Notes: a model not told the origin generated them from the sequence alone. A DNA stretch of 64,000 nucleotides from Camelus dromedarius (GCF_036321535.1 NC_087437.1:59584001-59648000), one strand, 5' to 3'; counted from the stretch's first letter, positions 1-12,411 are shown. Numbers and translations are program-made.

Positions 1-519
1 GACTAGGCTGGGCTGATTTAAAGGAGAGAGGAAGGAGAGAAAGAGAGACAATAGGAGGAAGTACGCAGAGGTTTTGCTGAGGAAGACAAAGGATGCTCAC
101 AGTGAGACAGGCCCCTCTGATTACAGAGAAGGAGCCTCGGGAACCAGAGGACCGCACAGGGAGAGACCCCTCTTGACCACCTCCCTGAGGCCTCTCAATT
201 TCAACCAGCCGTGGAGAGCAGAAGGCTCATCTCTAATTTGCACCAATTTTCCTGACAAACTCCATTTGAAGATTCAACTCAATTGCAATCAAAAAAGGAA
301 GCCAACCAGAAAATCACTTGCTTGCCTTGGATGAATGAGGACCACCAGCGACCCTAAAGGAGACAGAAAGTTTGCAGGCCTCCAGCAGGACACAAGGGCT
401 CTGCTCCCTTGTCCTCAGCATGAACAAGGGCCTGGCCCACCCAGGAGGGCACCTTCCTAACCCCCCTCCATTTCCTAAGGTGCTTTGGGAAAGGCAAAAT
501 CTTGCAGGGGAAAGAACTC

Positions 520-725
520 TGGACCAGAGTCAGGAGGCCTGGGTTCAAGTTCTGTCTCTGCTACTAACTGCCAGGTGGCCCAGGACGTCACTCTTCGTTC
601 AAGAATTTCAATTTTCTCATCCTTAAAAGGGATGAGGAGCAGGAAATAATCCCCGCTGTGCCTGCTTTACAGGGTGATTATGAGCTCAAAGAAGATAATG
701 GATGTGAAGGCTGTTTTTGTACATT
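520..725. mobile_element. MIR SINE fragment
   Basis: MIR core-like text 'ggcctgggttcaagttctgtctctgctactaactg...caattttctcatccttaaaagggat...gtgattatgagctcaaagaagataatggatgtgaa'. Confidence 0.6.
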
Positions 726-2589
726 CCAAGGCCTGGAGCAGGTGCTCCTCTCTCAGTGTAATGGTGATGACGGCAATGATGGTGATGGTGGCTGAGCTAC
801 TTTTTATGCGCAACTCCTATAAATATCACACCAAGAGATGAATTCCTGATTGTAATGGCCTAACTTTATCTACTCATTTGTCCCTGGGTTCTCACTCTGG
901 CTCTGAAGGGTCATTTTTAGCTTCGTGAGAGGGAGTTTGGATGGCACGTATCAGAGCATCCTTCTCTGTCCGCCAAGTCCAGGGCCCCTCTTACATGTCC
1001 CCCCCTTGAGCATCAGGGAATCAGAGCATCAGTACCCACACTGGGCAGAGCTCTCTGGTGTCACCTGGGAGGAGGGGGAGGTCGATGATGTTTGAAGGCT
1101 TTCAAAGGTCTCAGGCTCTAAACCTAGCAACTCATCTCCTGATACCCCAAATGCCTACTCTTGTTGAAGACAAAAAAAAAAGGACACAAAGAGAGGGCTA
1201 AGGGAATCAGGAACATACCTCGTAGGAGATGATGACTATGTGCGTGTAAAGTGCACACGTGCGGTGGGTCCCCTTCCATGTGTAGTAATTCTGGTTTCAC
1301 TACCTGCGTCTCCCTGAACCATATTCAATAGTTAAATGTTTTCTCTAGGCTAGATAGAACTGAACATTATTTTGTAGAAAAGGAAACTGAGGCAATGCTA
1401 AAAGTGAATTGCCAGTGGTTTTTGGGAGATTCTCTGGGCAAGCAAAGGTCAGAATCCCAAATCACCACATTCTTCAACTTTTTCTGAGCACACAGGTAAG
1501 TCTCTGCTCTTGTCCCCTGATCTTAGGGGCAGATGGGCTTGTTTACTGTGGGGGGGGGGGGGAGTAGGAGGAAGTGGGGGCAGCAGCCCTCATACTTACA
1601 TTCAGCGAACATTTAGTGGTGCTCCCAGAGGTCCAGGCCCCGGGCTAGGATCTGAGATGAGCAAGGGAGTGAGTGAGCAGACAGGTGAATGAATGTGTAC
1701 CGCCCTCTGTTGAGGGGACATAGCCACATCACCTTTCTCACTCTCCTGGTGACACTGCAACTGTTAAATGTCTCCCTGTTAGACTGTAAACCCATGCATG
1801 AGTGCAAAGATTGTTTCTGCCTTATTTATCACTCTGAGCCAAGCCCTTGGCAGAGCCCCGGGCGCAGCTATTTTTGTTAACCAGAGGATGGTTGGTTGGA
1901 TGGAACGATGGGTTGGTGAATAAATGAACGAACAAATGATCAGGTGATAGAGAGTGGGTTTCACCAAATGTTTTTTTCATTTCCTTATTTATGCATTTTA
2001 TGTATATTTTCACTTTCCTGTATTCATTTATTTATAGCTTGCTTTATTCCAGAAGGGATTTAAAGCATCTTCATCAGAGGTGAAAATATTAATCGGGTGC
2101 CCCAAAGCAAACATTTCAGAATGTGGCCTCATATCCTTAGTTCATCGTAGTTCAGAATTGGACAACATTTTTTCTGAACACCTGCACCAGGCAAGGTGGG
2201 TCGTAGAGGGATCATGAAGCAGGATTCTTGCTTTGAGTGTGGTGGCGTGAAAGGCACAAGCCCAGGTGACAACAGTTCTGGGAGAACGAAGGGATTCACC
2301 CAAGGGACACAACGAGTGTGGTGGAAGCAAAGGGGAAGGAAGGGCGTTTGCCTGAGCAGAACCAGTCACAACTTATACTCTGTTTATCCCACATGGTGCT
2401 GGTCATTCGGTAATTGCTCGATACTCTTCAAAGAGATTTTGTTACACGGAGGGAAATTATGTGTCACTTAGGACAAGGATTTCTTTTCTTAGTGTCCATG
2501 CAAATTGACTACTTCAGTTGCCCATTTTGCTGGAAGGTAGTGGGCAAAAATGAACTCATTTTAGGAATTCCTTTGACTCTTTTATTGTA

Positions 2590-3250
2590 AACCATACTAA
2601 GCACCAGTACATCTGTTAGGCTGTGGGCTGGGTACTGGGAGGATGTTGAAGAGAGGACAGCATAGCGAAGACCAGTAAACAGGGGATCTAATACAGTGTA
2701 ATGAGTAGTGACTGAGGTCCGTGCCTGGGGTGCTTTGGAAACAAAGAGGAGGGCCGCTTACCCTGGGCCAGGGGCTTCAAGGAAGCTTCTCAAAAAACCA
2801 GTGGGACTTGGCCAAGAGAATAAGGAGGTGAAGAGGATGTTCCAGAAAGACAGACTCCTCTGAACAATGACCCATGGACATAAAAGGGCACAATGTATTT
2901 GGGAAACTGAGTCGTTCTGTTTTGCTGGGGCATGAAAGGTATGGAGGGTGGGGAACTATGGAGAAATTTCGAGGTGAAACCAGAGAGGTACGCACATGCT
3001 AGATCATGAAGGACTTGATGAGTTAGGTGTACTAAGGAGTTCAAGTTTTATTTCAATCCAATAAGGAAGCAGACACTTCAGGCTTTTCCAGCAAGCAAGA
3101 TCACTCTAGAAAGATCTGTTTGAGGCAGCGTGCTTGGGGATGGAAAAGGCTGGTGGCAGGGAGGTCAGTGAGGAGGCTGTGATTTTGCAGCGGGGAGATA
3201 TGAGGTCTGGATCAAGGCAAAGACAGAATAGTCAGGACAGATGGAGTCTG
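2590..3250 (-). mobile_element. L2 LINE fragment (ancient)
   Basis: Purine-rich L2-like stretch, e.g. 'agatcatgaaggacttgatgag...aaggagttcaagttttatttc', 'ggaggtcagtgaggaggctgt'; boundaries approximate. Confidence 0.55.
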
Positions 3251-3620
3251 TTGAAGTCATATCTGTGACAAATAGAAACTGCTCGAGAAAGAAGCCAGCA
3301 GTGGGCCCTCTGGCTTTCATGTAAACTGCTCTTCCCTAGTCCCTGCATTTCATCAGCCTCTGCTGCTAGAATCCAATTCATTTCAGATGGTTTTGGAAGT
3401 TTCTCCTATTGGCAAGAAGAACACTTTGTAAGCAAATCAAACTCTTTCCGTTTTATGTTCATCCATCAAAAGTGGACCCTTTCACCTCAAGCTTTCAGCA
3501 GGGAGCTTTTTCTCTGAATTTTCTTAATCAGCAGGGCTAAGGTGACAGCAGCTCTACAGCTCAAGTCCAAATTGATCCTTCAAAGTGCCGGGGCTCCTGG
3601 CCGTCTACCTAAACTAGACA

Positions 3621-3801
3621 CAGTGGTTTTCACCCCTGCTGCGCACTGGATCTGATCACCTCGGGGGCTTTTAACACGTTCAGTGGCCGGGCCACGCCCC
3701 CAACCCAGTACATCAAGGCCTTTGCGGGTGGAGACCAGGCATCGGCATTTGTTGAAACTCCTCAGATGATTCCGGGGTGCAGCCAAGGTTGAGAACCACT
3801 G
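3621..3801. mobile_element. MER5A-type hAT-Charlie MITE, full length
   Basis: Terminal inverted repeats CAGTGGTTTTCA (3621) and TGAGAACCACTG (ends 3801); typical end 'gatgattccggggtgcagccaaggttgagaaccactg'. Confidence 0.85.
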
Positions 3802-4247
3802 GAGGAGAGGAAATGTGCTAAATGGCCCAGTAACCACGTGGAGTCCACTTCCCACACCTCTTGGGCAAGGTTCACTGAGGCCAGGAAAGGTGCATCTTAG
3901 TTCTCTGACTACTTGAAAGTGTTACTTTATGAAAATTTTCTTAAGGTACAAGCGGATAGAGACTTAAACAGAGTTACCTGAAGACAAGGTGAGAAGAGAT
4001 TTGAAGGGTCCCACAGTTCATTTCTCCACCCCAAACCTGCCAATATGCTGATAAACAACCTGTCTCTGGTAGGTTCCCATCTACCCTAATCTGGAGGCAA
4101 TGCCAGGGCACCCTGCAGCCCTCACCACCACGGCCCGCTCACTCTTACTCAGCGAGCCTGGAGCTTCTGAACGTTTTCCACGCAGTCTCTCTAATGTCAG
4201 AAGAAAAGGGAGATTCTGTGAGGGAATCAAAAATCTCTTCCTCTACG

Positions 4248-4637
4248 TGTAGAGGAGGAAAAATAATTTTCCCTTTACCCTACTTAGTTCTTGGTTGAGA
4301 CTCCCCATAATGAAAGAGGTTTATTAATATGTATACTTCCTTTACACATGGGGGATACCCAGGAAAACTGAGTAACTGAGGGATCCTAAGCCACTTGTTC
4401 ATATACCATCTTCAGCTAAAGACAAAAGAAAGGTGGTGGGGGAGAAGGCCAGTTATGGGTGGTTACCAGAAAAAGCAGGGTAAACAAGGGTAAGGTATAA
4501 TCTGCAGATTTAAGTCAATGCCTTCTCTATGGATTAGAGCTTCTTGTGATATAGGCATCCTCCTCCTCTGGTACAGAGAGGGAGACACTCGTATGAATAG
4601 AATCCCTTTATAAATGTAAATGTCTGTTAACAAAAGG
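4248..4637 (-). mobile_element. ERV1-class LTR (partial, 3' portion)
   Basis: Starts TGT at 4248 (minus-strand ...ACA end), minus-strand AATAAA at 4320-4325, shares blocks with the LTR at 5139-5683 ('tacacatggg', 'ctgagtaact'). Confidence 0.7.
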
Positions 4638-5138
4638 AAGCACTAGACGAACTGCCAAATGCGCACTGGTACATGCACCTTCCTGAAGACAGAGACCAGA
4701 CAAGCTTTTCTCTCTGGCCGCCAAACCAAGCTCTCAAGACATAGAACAAGATGAATGGAAAACTGAATCAGACTGATGGTTTTCCTCCTTATGGCAAATG
4801 ACACAAAAGACAGAGATGAAAACAAACAAATAAACAAAAAAACAAACAAACAGTGACCATCTCTGGGAGGAAAAGGATCAACAAAACAAGAGCACTCTTC
4901 CAAATTTCCCAAGAATAGCTGAGTCCAAGAAGCTAGCCCCACAAATACTCTCTTCTTTTAATCTAATTTTAGAAAAGAGAAAAACTCTTAACCTCTTTCA
5001 TTTGCAACAGACCCTGCAGGCAGAGATCTGGGAGACGTGATAAGAATTCTCACCTTCTGCCAGCTTTTATCAGGGATCCCAGGATCTCTTAACTGCAGCA
5101 GCCTTGGCAAGAGTAGTGCATCCCACCCTCATCGCCAG
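4638..5138 (-). mobile_element. ERV internal leader remnant with tRNA-Ser primer-binding site
   Basis: 5120-5137 reads TGGCGATGAGGGTGGGAT on the minus strand, 1 nt from the LTR end; this matches the complement of the tRNA-Ser(GCU) 3' end (TGGCGACGAGGGTGGGAT) at 17/18. Confidence 0.75.
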
Positions 5139-5683
5139 TGTCCAGGAGGAAGGAACTTTCCTCTTCCTTCTAAATGCTTCTGGCTGGTCTGAGAATTAAA
5201 CTGACATGAGACAGATCACCAGGAAACAATCAAGCCAAAGTTTAATGACATGTACACATGGGAGAGACTCAGGAGACCTGAGTAACTCACCAAAATGCCT
5301 GAAACCCTCACCTTAAAGACAGAAGACGATGTTGGGAGTAGTGGTTTGAGACTTCAAAGGCGGGGAGTGGGGGTGGGGAGAGAATGCAAGTGACATGGAG
5401 ATGGAAAAGCAAATGTCTGGTAAATAAACGCTTGCTGGACCATGCAGAGACAATGGGACACAGAGAGGGATTTTAACAGACAGGCTTTGCGAGGCTCCTC
5501 CCTGTCTACACGCCTAGTTCATATTACAGTGATCTATGGTGATAGCCCCCTTCCTGGAACATTCTTTAGGCAGTTAGGAGGAAGGTCAAAGTTTTTTCCT
5601 GAGTCTTGGGTCTTGACTTTTGCAGCTGAAATAATCTGCATGCCAAAAAGACATTTTGGGGTGGCAAGTTTTTCTCCCCTACA
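5139..5683 (-). mobile_element. ERV1-class 5' LTR, complete
   Basis: Minus strand begins TGTAGGGGAG and ends ...GGACA (TG...CA termini), ATTAAA at 5241-5246, directly followed by a PBS. Confidence 0.8.
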
Positions 5684-5910
5684 CCAACTAGGGTCAATTC
5701 TGTGCACCCCCCACCCCCCCAAGGGGATGTTTGGCACCACATGGAGACACTTTTGGTTATCACAACTGGGGAGGAGGCAATATGGGAATCTAGTTGGTAG
5801 AGGCCAAGGATGCTGCTAAACAACCTCCTAGAATGCGCAGGACAGTCTAGAGAACAAAGTGTTACCTGGTCCGAAACATTGGCAGTACAGAGATTGAGGG
5901 AGAACTCCGA
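5684..5910 (+). mobile_element. MER20 hAT-Charlie DNA transposon
   Basis: 'ggggatgtttggca...tggagacacttttggttatcacaactgggg...atctagttggtagaggccaaggatgctgctaaaca' matches the MER20 consensus as I recall it. Confidence 0.8.
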
Positions 5911-6217
5911 ATTAGGGGAAAAGAAAAGACTCTACAGTGGAGATGAGAATCTCTGCCAATCCCTTCTGTCTGCACTGTGCTGGGAGTCAGAGGACCTGGG
6001 TTCCACCCAGAGGATTACTATCTTTTGGATCATGATGGTGATGGTAATGAAAATGACAATGACAATGGTGATTTCATTTGTCCGCATTGTAGCTGACCGC
6101 GGAGTATCACATTCATTTCCTCCACAAACTTCTGGTGATTTAAGCCCTCACTGTGGAAGAGAAAACTGCAGCCCAGAGAATAGAAGTGACTTCTTCAATA
6201 TCTATTTTAAGCCTTAG

Positions 6218-6880
6218 TGTTTGCTTCTTGTTTCTTCTTTCCCTCCTCCTTCTGGGATGCCAGTGTCTGACTGCCTCCTGCCCCTGACAGCCTATGATGA
6301 GAGAATTCCTAATATATAAATCCCGAAGCTGAAGACAACAGATACTAGCATTCCCAGTCTTTCTTGAGAATAAGGTGTGGGCCAGTCAGTCTCACCCATC
6401 TTTGAATTAGGAGTCAGTGACCACATTAAAGCAGAGGCAGGCACAAATTCTTTCTTGCTTTCTTGCAGTGGTGGAGATGGAAGTGGTGGTGATGGGGGTG
6501 GTGGTACTGCTGATGGTGGTGGTAATGGTGATAGTGATGAGTGTCATGGTGGTGGTGGTGATGGTGGTGGTGGTAGTGGTGGTGGTGGTGGTGGTGGTGG
6601 TGACGGCAGCATCCAGCCTCCAAGCCCGGCAATATTATGGGTGTCTGCTAGTCTGTCTGGGTTGGGGAATGAAGAGGACAGCAGCCTTCTCTCCAGGCTG
6701 GTTTTGTGTCTGTGGTTGCATCGATGGATCTGGCTGCACAGTAACCTTGTGTTTCCATTCGTTGTCCAGTTGTTCTGGCCATGCTGTTTGCTATGTGGTA
6801 TCCTTTCCAATATTCCTTCTTGGCTTCAATCAACCAGAATCAATTTTCCTTGCCTACAAGGAGGGATCCTGACTGATCCA
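6218..6880 (+). mobile_element. ERVL LTR (LTR33-like) containing an expanded (GGT)n tract
   Basis: 3' end 'aatattccttcttggcttcaatcaaccagaatcaattttccttgcctacaaggagggatcctgactgatcca' resembles LTR33/LTR16 termini; 5' part 'gaagctgaagacaacagatactagcattcccagtc'. Confidence 0.55.
6468..6601. repeat. Imperfect (GGT/GAT)n trinucleotide microsatellite
   Basis: About 45 triplets, directly visible; explains the poly-Gly/Val/His/Pro ORFs in the track. Confidence 0.95.
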
Positions 6881-9589
6881 CTCTGTGTATGACCTTGAGC
6901 TGGTCCAGAGTTTGTTTTCACTTAGGGCTCAGCCCACCATATAGCTCAAACAGGAATCTATCAGGACCTGTGCAGGGAGCCAAATTAGAATCTCGGCTCC
7001 CGAGCAGAATGCCTCATCTCCTCCTAACAATAAGATTTAGCCACTCATTCGAGACCGGAGTCTGGGCTCCTTCTTCCCTTAGGATGAGTGCTCTCCTCAG
7101 AGGCTCCTTACCTCCCTCTGTCCTTAGCCTCTCCTCGCGCCCCACTTCCCCCGTTTGCCAGATGAACCCAGGCATGTGTGAATTGCACCTGTCGATACAA
7201 CTTGAATTTTTTTCCCAGAAGCCATGTTAGCCTCCTGTCATTTCTAAAATCTTGGGCTGGGAACCACGATGACAGATGAATTCACTGCGGAGGGCAGGGC
7301 TGTTACAGGCAATCCATCCCAGGCCGCTGCTCACCAGAGGCCAGCCGTCTGGGGAGGGAGAGGAGACTGGAAGGGGAGCTTGCTCTCTGCAGGGAGTGCT
7401 GGGGTCCTTCTCCACCTCCCCGAGGAGAGTCAGGGAAGAGGGAATCTGCTGGCTCTGACGAGCAGTGATCAATCCTTGGAGTCTTCCAACCACTTATCGG
7501 TGAGCCTATGAGACACATGGTCCTGCTGCTCCTTAGAGCAGGCGGAATCATGTTTCTTGGAGGCGCTGAGGCCTGGCACACAGCCATGGGCCGGGGAGGC
7601 AGTGTGACACCAAACACCTCCCTGGTGATACCCAGGTAGTAATGACAGAACAGGAAAGACCAGCTCCTGTGGCCCTCAAGGATACCAACTAGAGGGAGAC
7701 GAATCTCTTTATTTCTGTCACACAGACAGCCATGACATCTAAGGCCTACAAAGAGCAAAGCAAACCCAGCAGGGGCTTTGTTTACATCCTGTGGGAGGTG
7801 AGGGGTGCAGGGGAGACCAGCAGGGCCCTCAGACTCCTCCCTGGGGCAGACGAGTAAGGGGAGGCCCTGGCTCAGGTGTGGGAGCCCAAGATCCTCTTGG
7901 CCTCCGCTCCTGGTGTCCCGTCCCTGAGAGCCCCTGTTCCTTCCCTTCTCAAGTGTCTCCTGAAGCTGCTTTTCCTCACTGCCTTCAGGACCGGGTTCTG
8001 CCATGTCATGTTGAGATGATCAGAAACAGCTCTCCTACCCTTCCCGGAAGGGCTGATGACAACACGGCGGAATGGCTTTGGTACCTCGGGGATGCAGAAT
8101 TTAAATTATGTTTACAGTCAAATCTATTCGTCTCCTCTTTTGTTGTAACTGCCTTGGTGTCATGCTATGAGAGGCTTCCTCTGTCTCAAGATTATGTAAC
8201 ACTCAACTTTATCTTTCGGTAGCATTTTATTTTGCTCTTGAAACCATTTGGAAGTCAAATTGGCCCAAAGAGTGAGGTAGGGCTGAAATGTTATTTTTTT
8301 TCTAAACAGCCATTGGGTGAATACAGCCTTTCTTCACTCATGTGAAATGTCACCTTTGTAATATAAGAACATTCTTATGTATTCTCGACATTACGATTTT
8401 GCTCCATGGATGTGATTTTTGCTTTAGGATCATCTGGTTTGGGAAGATTTGTGAAGTCAAAGCCAACAGAACTAACTTAATTCATTGGGAGTCTTTGCAA
8501 GGCTTGACAAAAGAAAAGTCACCAGCTGTTGACAATGTGGTGAGTCCTCCCCCGTCCAGTGATAGTCACCCAGCAAGCTCAAAGAGCAATGACAAAAATG
8601 TCAAGACAGAGAGTCAGAGGAGGCCAGGGCTGGCAGCACACTTAGAAATCACCTTCTGATCCAAGGAGTTTACTTCCCAGCCATGGGAACTAAGGCCCAG
8701 AGAGGTTAAGCAAGGCTCCACATGTAGGGACTGATAGATCTTGGATGGGGAGGCAGAGGGCTCTGACTGCAAACTGTTTGTCCTGAACATCTCCCGTAGC
8801 TTTCCTGCCCTTCCTGGACCACTGCCCCCACTCTAATGCTCACCTTTTTATCTAGCATCTGACCTGGCCAATGACTTTTGCATCAGCATTCTCTTCCCAG
8901 TCTCCATGTAGTCTGTCCAATTGACAGAACATCTCTCGGTGGGGATCATGTCACTGTTCTTTGGAAATCCCTGGCTCAGTGGCTCCTCACTGAAGTTAAC
9001 ATAGCCTGGTGCTGAAGATTTCTACACCTCTGGCACTCATCCAAATTATCTCTTGTTTTTCTCTGACAAAACTTACAAGTTCCAATCAGACAGGACTACT
9101 TGTCATGTCCTGTGTATTTCTCCAAGAACCTCTAATTGCCTCTCCTCTTCCCAGATCTTCTAAAACCATATCCTCTCTTCAAAGCCTGGTCCAAAGGTTA
9201 ACACAATTGTCCACATCCCAGAAAGCTTAAGTAAGTTGTCCAAATTCATCTTCCTCTGTGATGCCGAAGCCTAAAGATGTCTCTCCTCCCCGCTCCGGTG
9301 CTTCTCAGCTGTGTAATGCTCTCTGCCTCACTGTCCAGTTGTTTCTTAGAATATGTGCCCCAAGGGGACAGAGACAGTGCCTTTCACATCTGTGTCTTCC
9401 ACAGTGCCTCACGTGGGTGCTACATGATCCATGAAATAATACATGGCAGGTGCTAAGTGATAGAGGACAAGAGGATAAGTGAGAGTTTCCCCTCTCTGCC
9501 GTTGTTGGAGGCTTTATTACTTCCCACCAGGGAGGATGGGCTGCATTCCTAGGTTGCTCAATGACTCAATAAGCTCACTAAAGCGCTGG

Positions 9590-9775
9590 AGCTGATTTCA
9601 GAGGAAGTATGAAAGGAGCTGGCATACAGAAATGGCAAATGCAGTCCTGTTTTCCAAAAGAGGGTGAAGAGGTACTCTGAAACCTGTTGATATGAAAGTC
9701 TGAAGTCCGTTTGGACAAAGTTGTAGGCTGTCTTGTTAAATGGCTGGGTGAGGGCATTTAGCAGAAGTTTATGAA
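9590..9775 (+). mobile_element. CR1/L3 LINE reverse-transcriptase fragment
   Basis: 'atggcaaatgcagtcctgttttccaaaagaggg' translates MANAVLFSKRG, resembling the CR1 motif ANVVPIFKKG; a further L3-like piece lies near 10050-10200. Confidence 0.45.
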
Positions 9776-9799
9776 GAGGCTAACATTTCTGCTCTCACA

Positions 9800-9965
9800 T
9801 CACTTACCTCATTTAATTTTCACAATTTTGTGAAGAAGAGCTTGCGTTATTATTGCATTCATTTTGTAGATGAGCAAACTGAAAGGTTAAGTTGCTCCCA
9901 AATTATACAACTAACAAGTAAGATTTGAACCCAGGACCTTCTCTTTCCAAAGCTGGTTCTCCTTC
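9800..9965. mobile_element. MIR SINE
   Basis: 'cattttgtagatgagcaaactgaaaggttaagttgctcccaaattatacaacta...gatttgaacccagg'. Confidence 0.7.
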
Positions 9966-10743
9966 CATTGTGTCATGCTGCCTTTCACATGAGCCCAGCG
10001 GAGGGCTTGGCCCATAGTAAGTATTTAATTTTAGTCCCCTTCATTCTGGGTCAATCTTGTGATATGCCAAGATTAATTTACCCATGGACCGCATTAGTGG
10101 AAGCGTTCTTCCTGGATTGAGGAAGGACCAGTCCTGTGCTGGTCCAAACCGAGCCTCCCATGCCTGGAACGCTGGGCTCAGAGGAGCCAGGCAAGCAGAG
10201 TGAGAGTCTCAGCCATTGCCTTCTGCTGCCTCCTAGGTCAACCACCCTGGGCACCTTGCTTCTCCAGGAAGGGTGGGTAATGGTGTATCTCTCATATCAG
10301 TGGGTCCAGCGATAGAATGAAATAATGTAGGGGAAGCAATCAGCACAGAGTCTGGCACTTGGGATCTGCTCAGCAAAGGCTGGTTTCCTTGCCTCTGGGC
10401 TCCAGACATGCAGGGACTTACCAAAGTGGAACATGTTTGTGCCAAGAGGGGAGCATCTCAAACACTGGTACCCAAAGAATGTCACCCAGACATGTTGGGC
10501 CTGGAAAGTGTTTGGAGCTCACAGCACCAGAGCTGGGAAACAGACTCCCCCACATCCCCAGAGTCCAGCAGCAATTTCCAAAGCCATCTGTGACCCAAAG
10601 TCTTCCTGGAACCCACTTTCCTCCCGAGCACTGTCATGGCTTTTTCTTGGCAATTCGAGGCAGGATAACAAAGGTCTAGAAGTAAGTTATTTGTGATTAT
10701 TGATTTAATAATATTAATAAAACTCTATAAAGTAAAAAAATTT

Positions 10744-10950
10744 GGATAAATTAGGAGTTTGGGATTAACATACACACGACTATATATAAAATAAGTAAAC
10801 AACAAGGTCTTATTGTATAGCACAGGGAACTATATTCAATATCTTATAATAACCTATAATGAAAAAGAATATATATACATGTATATGTATATCTGGATCA
10901 GTTTGCTATACACCTGAAACTAAGACAACCTTGAAAATTAACCATACTTT
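10744..10950 (+). mobile_element. 5'-truncated cetartiodactyl-type L1 3' UTR
   Basis: 'tatagcacagggaactatattcaatatctt...aacctataatgaaaaagaat'; flanked by direct repeat AAAAAAATTT (10734-10743, 10951-10960). Confidence 0.85.
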
Positions 10951-11894
10951 AAAAAAATTTTTCTGCATCCAACCTGGCAGGCACTCTCCTACTGTTGTTT
11001 AACAAATACATACTTCCTGTATGTTCATACTTTTGGGGGGTTTTCCCTTGAAATATAACCATCTAGGGCTAGCTCTCCATGGGTCACCCTGGGAGGACTG
11101 AGAGGCCCCCATGTGGCCCCTTTGCTCTATTCGCAGCCACAGGGAGCCTCACTTCTTGCCAAGTCCTCTTGCAAGTGCCCAAGTCACCAGAGAACTGGGG
11201 GAGAAAATGCAGGCAAGTCATCCTCCAACCCCTCCTCCAACTTGGTGAACCCACTCTGAGCATAAGCCACACTGCAGGACAAATGAGGTATGCAAAACGC
11301 CACCACTTTTTGCTAATCCCCAGAATAGTGAATGGAGTACCTTCCATTCTCTAGAGGCACAGCCATTGCCTCTTCAGTAAGGAGGGGCTTTCAGCCCAAG
11401 AACTGCATTTGGGGAGCACGGTTAGCTGCCCAACTTAGCAGACACCAATCTCCATAATGTCACAGGAGATCCCCCCAGCCTGTCCTTAATACGCACTCAC
11501 GCATATCCATCCCATTAAACTGTGTTTGATGTCTTCCAGATACCAGGGCTTCTTGCACTACATGGCTAATACTCTTACTGCCAAACTTAATTATCTCAGT
11601 AACTCAAGCTCACATTAAAAGTGAGAGATGGGTCCATTTTATCCATATCATGAATTAGTAATCTTTCCCTCTGGAGATGCCATCCTCGAACATGCTCACT
11701 GAAGGTATCTACGCTGAATGAACTGCGTTCATCTCAGGCTCCTGCCTCCCAGGAGTGCCGTGGCTTCTGTTTTGAGTCGATGAGCTCATCTACCTTCCTG
11801 CTTCCCTCCCTCCCTCTCTCCCAGTTCAAGTTGGGTCCCTGGTCAGGGAACCCATGTGTCCCACACAAGTGCTTCCTGGAAATGAAGAGGCAGC

Positions 11895-12110
11895 TAGGAC
11901 AGAGGAAAAGAGCCCTGGCCTTTTCTGAGGGCCAACTCCGCCACTGAGTGCTGTGTGACTCTGCTGAGTTACACTCTCCTTGAACCTCAATTCTTCATCT
12001 GCAAAATGGGAAGCCCTATCTACCTCATCGGGTTGGAATGGGTATCAAAAGATGAGAAGAATCCATGAAAGGCCTTCAAAAACTGTGAACTCTCATAAAT
12101 TGTTATTCAT
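11895..12110. mobile_element. MIR SINE
   Basis: 'ctgtgtgactctgctgagttacactctccttgaacctcaattcttcatctgcaaaatggg'. Confidence 0.7.
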
Positions 12111-12285
12111 TTCTGTTCAACGACCTCTGGATTGTAAGCAGACTGCCTGAGAACACTGCGTAGGTGGTGGGTGCTACCAGGTTGCTGCTTTAAAGACTGA
12201 AAAAAAAAATCCTATCCCTCAGCAACTCTGAGTCCTGGAAGAGAAAAAAAAAATTCTATGAGCAAAAGAAGGGTAAAGAAAATAA

Positions 12286-12411
12286 TTTTGGGGGGAGGAG
12301 TGGGGAGGTAATTAGGTTTATTTATTTGTTTTAATGGAGATACTGGGGATCGAACCCAAGACCTCGTGCATGTTAAGCACACACTCAACCACTGAGCTAT
12401 ACCTTCCCCCC
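12286..12411 (-). mobile_element. tRNA-Ala-derived camelid SINE (Vic-1 type), long-tail form
   Basis: Minus strand GGTATAGCTCAGTGGTTGAGTGTGTGCTTAACATGCACGAGGTCTTGGGTTCGATCCCCAGTATCTCCA (A and B boxes) plus tail AATAAATAAACCTAATTACCTCCCC; TSD AAGAAAATAA at 12276-12285 and 12412-12421. Confidence 0.92.

Noticed and set aside
6377..6892. 171-aa Gly-rich ORF and the overlapping poly-His, poly-Val and poly-Pro ORFs
   Set aside because: They arise from stop-free reading of the (GGT)n microsatellite inside an LTR; no domain or splice structure supports them
7303..8004. Longest ORF in the window (233 aa, minus strand)
   Set aside because: No recognisable protein similarity; GC-rich sequence with overlapping ORFs in several frames, consistent with chance
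12335..12411. Possible tRNA-Ala genes (also 54420-54496 and 58410-58487)
   Set aside because: Mutated stems and anticodon arms, SINE-type tails and TSDs show they are SINE copies
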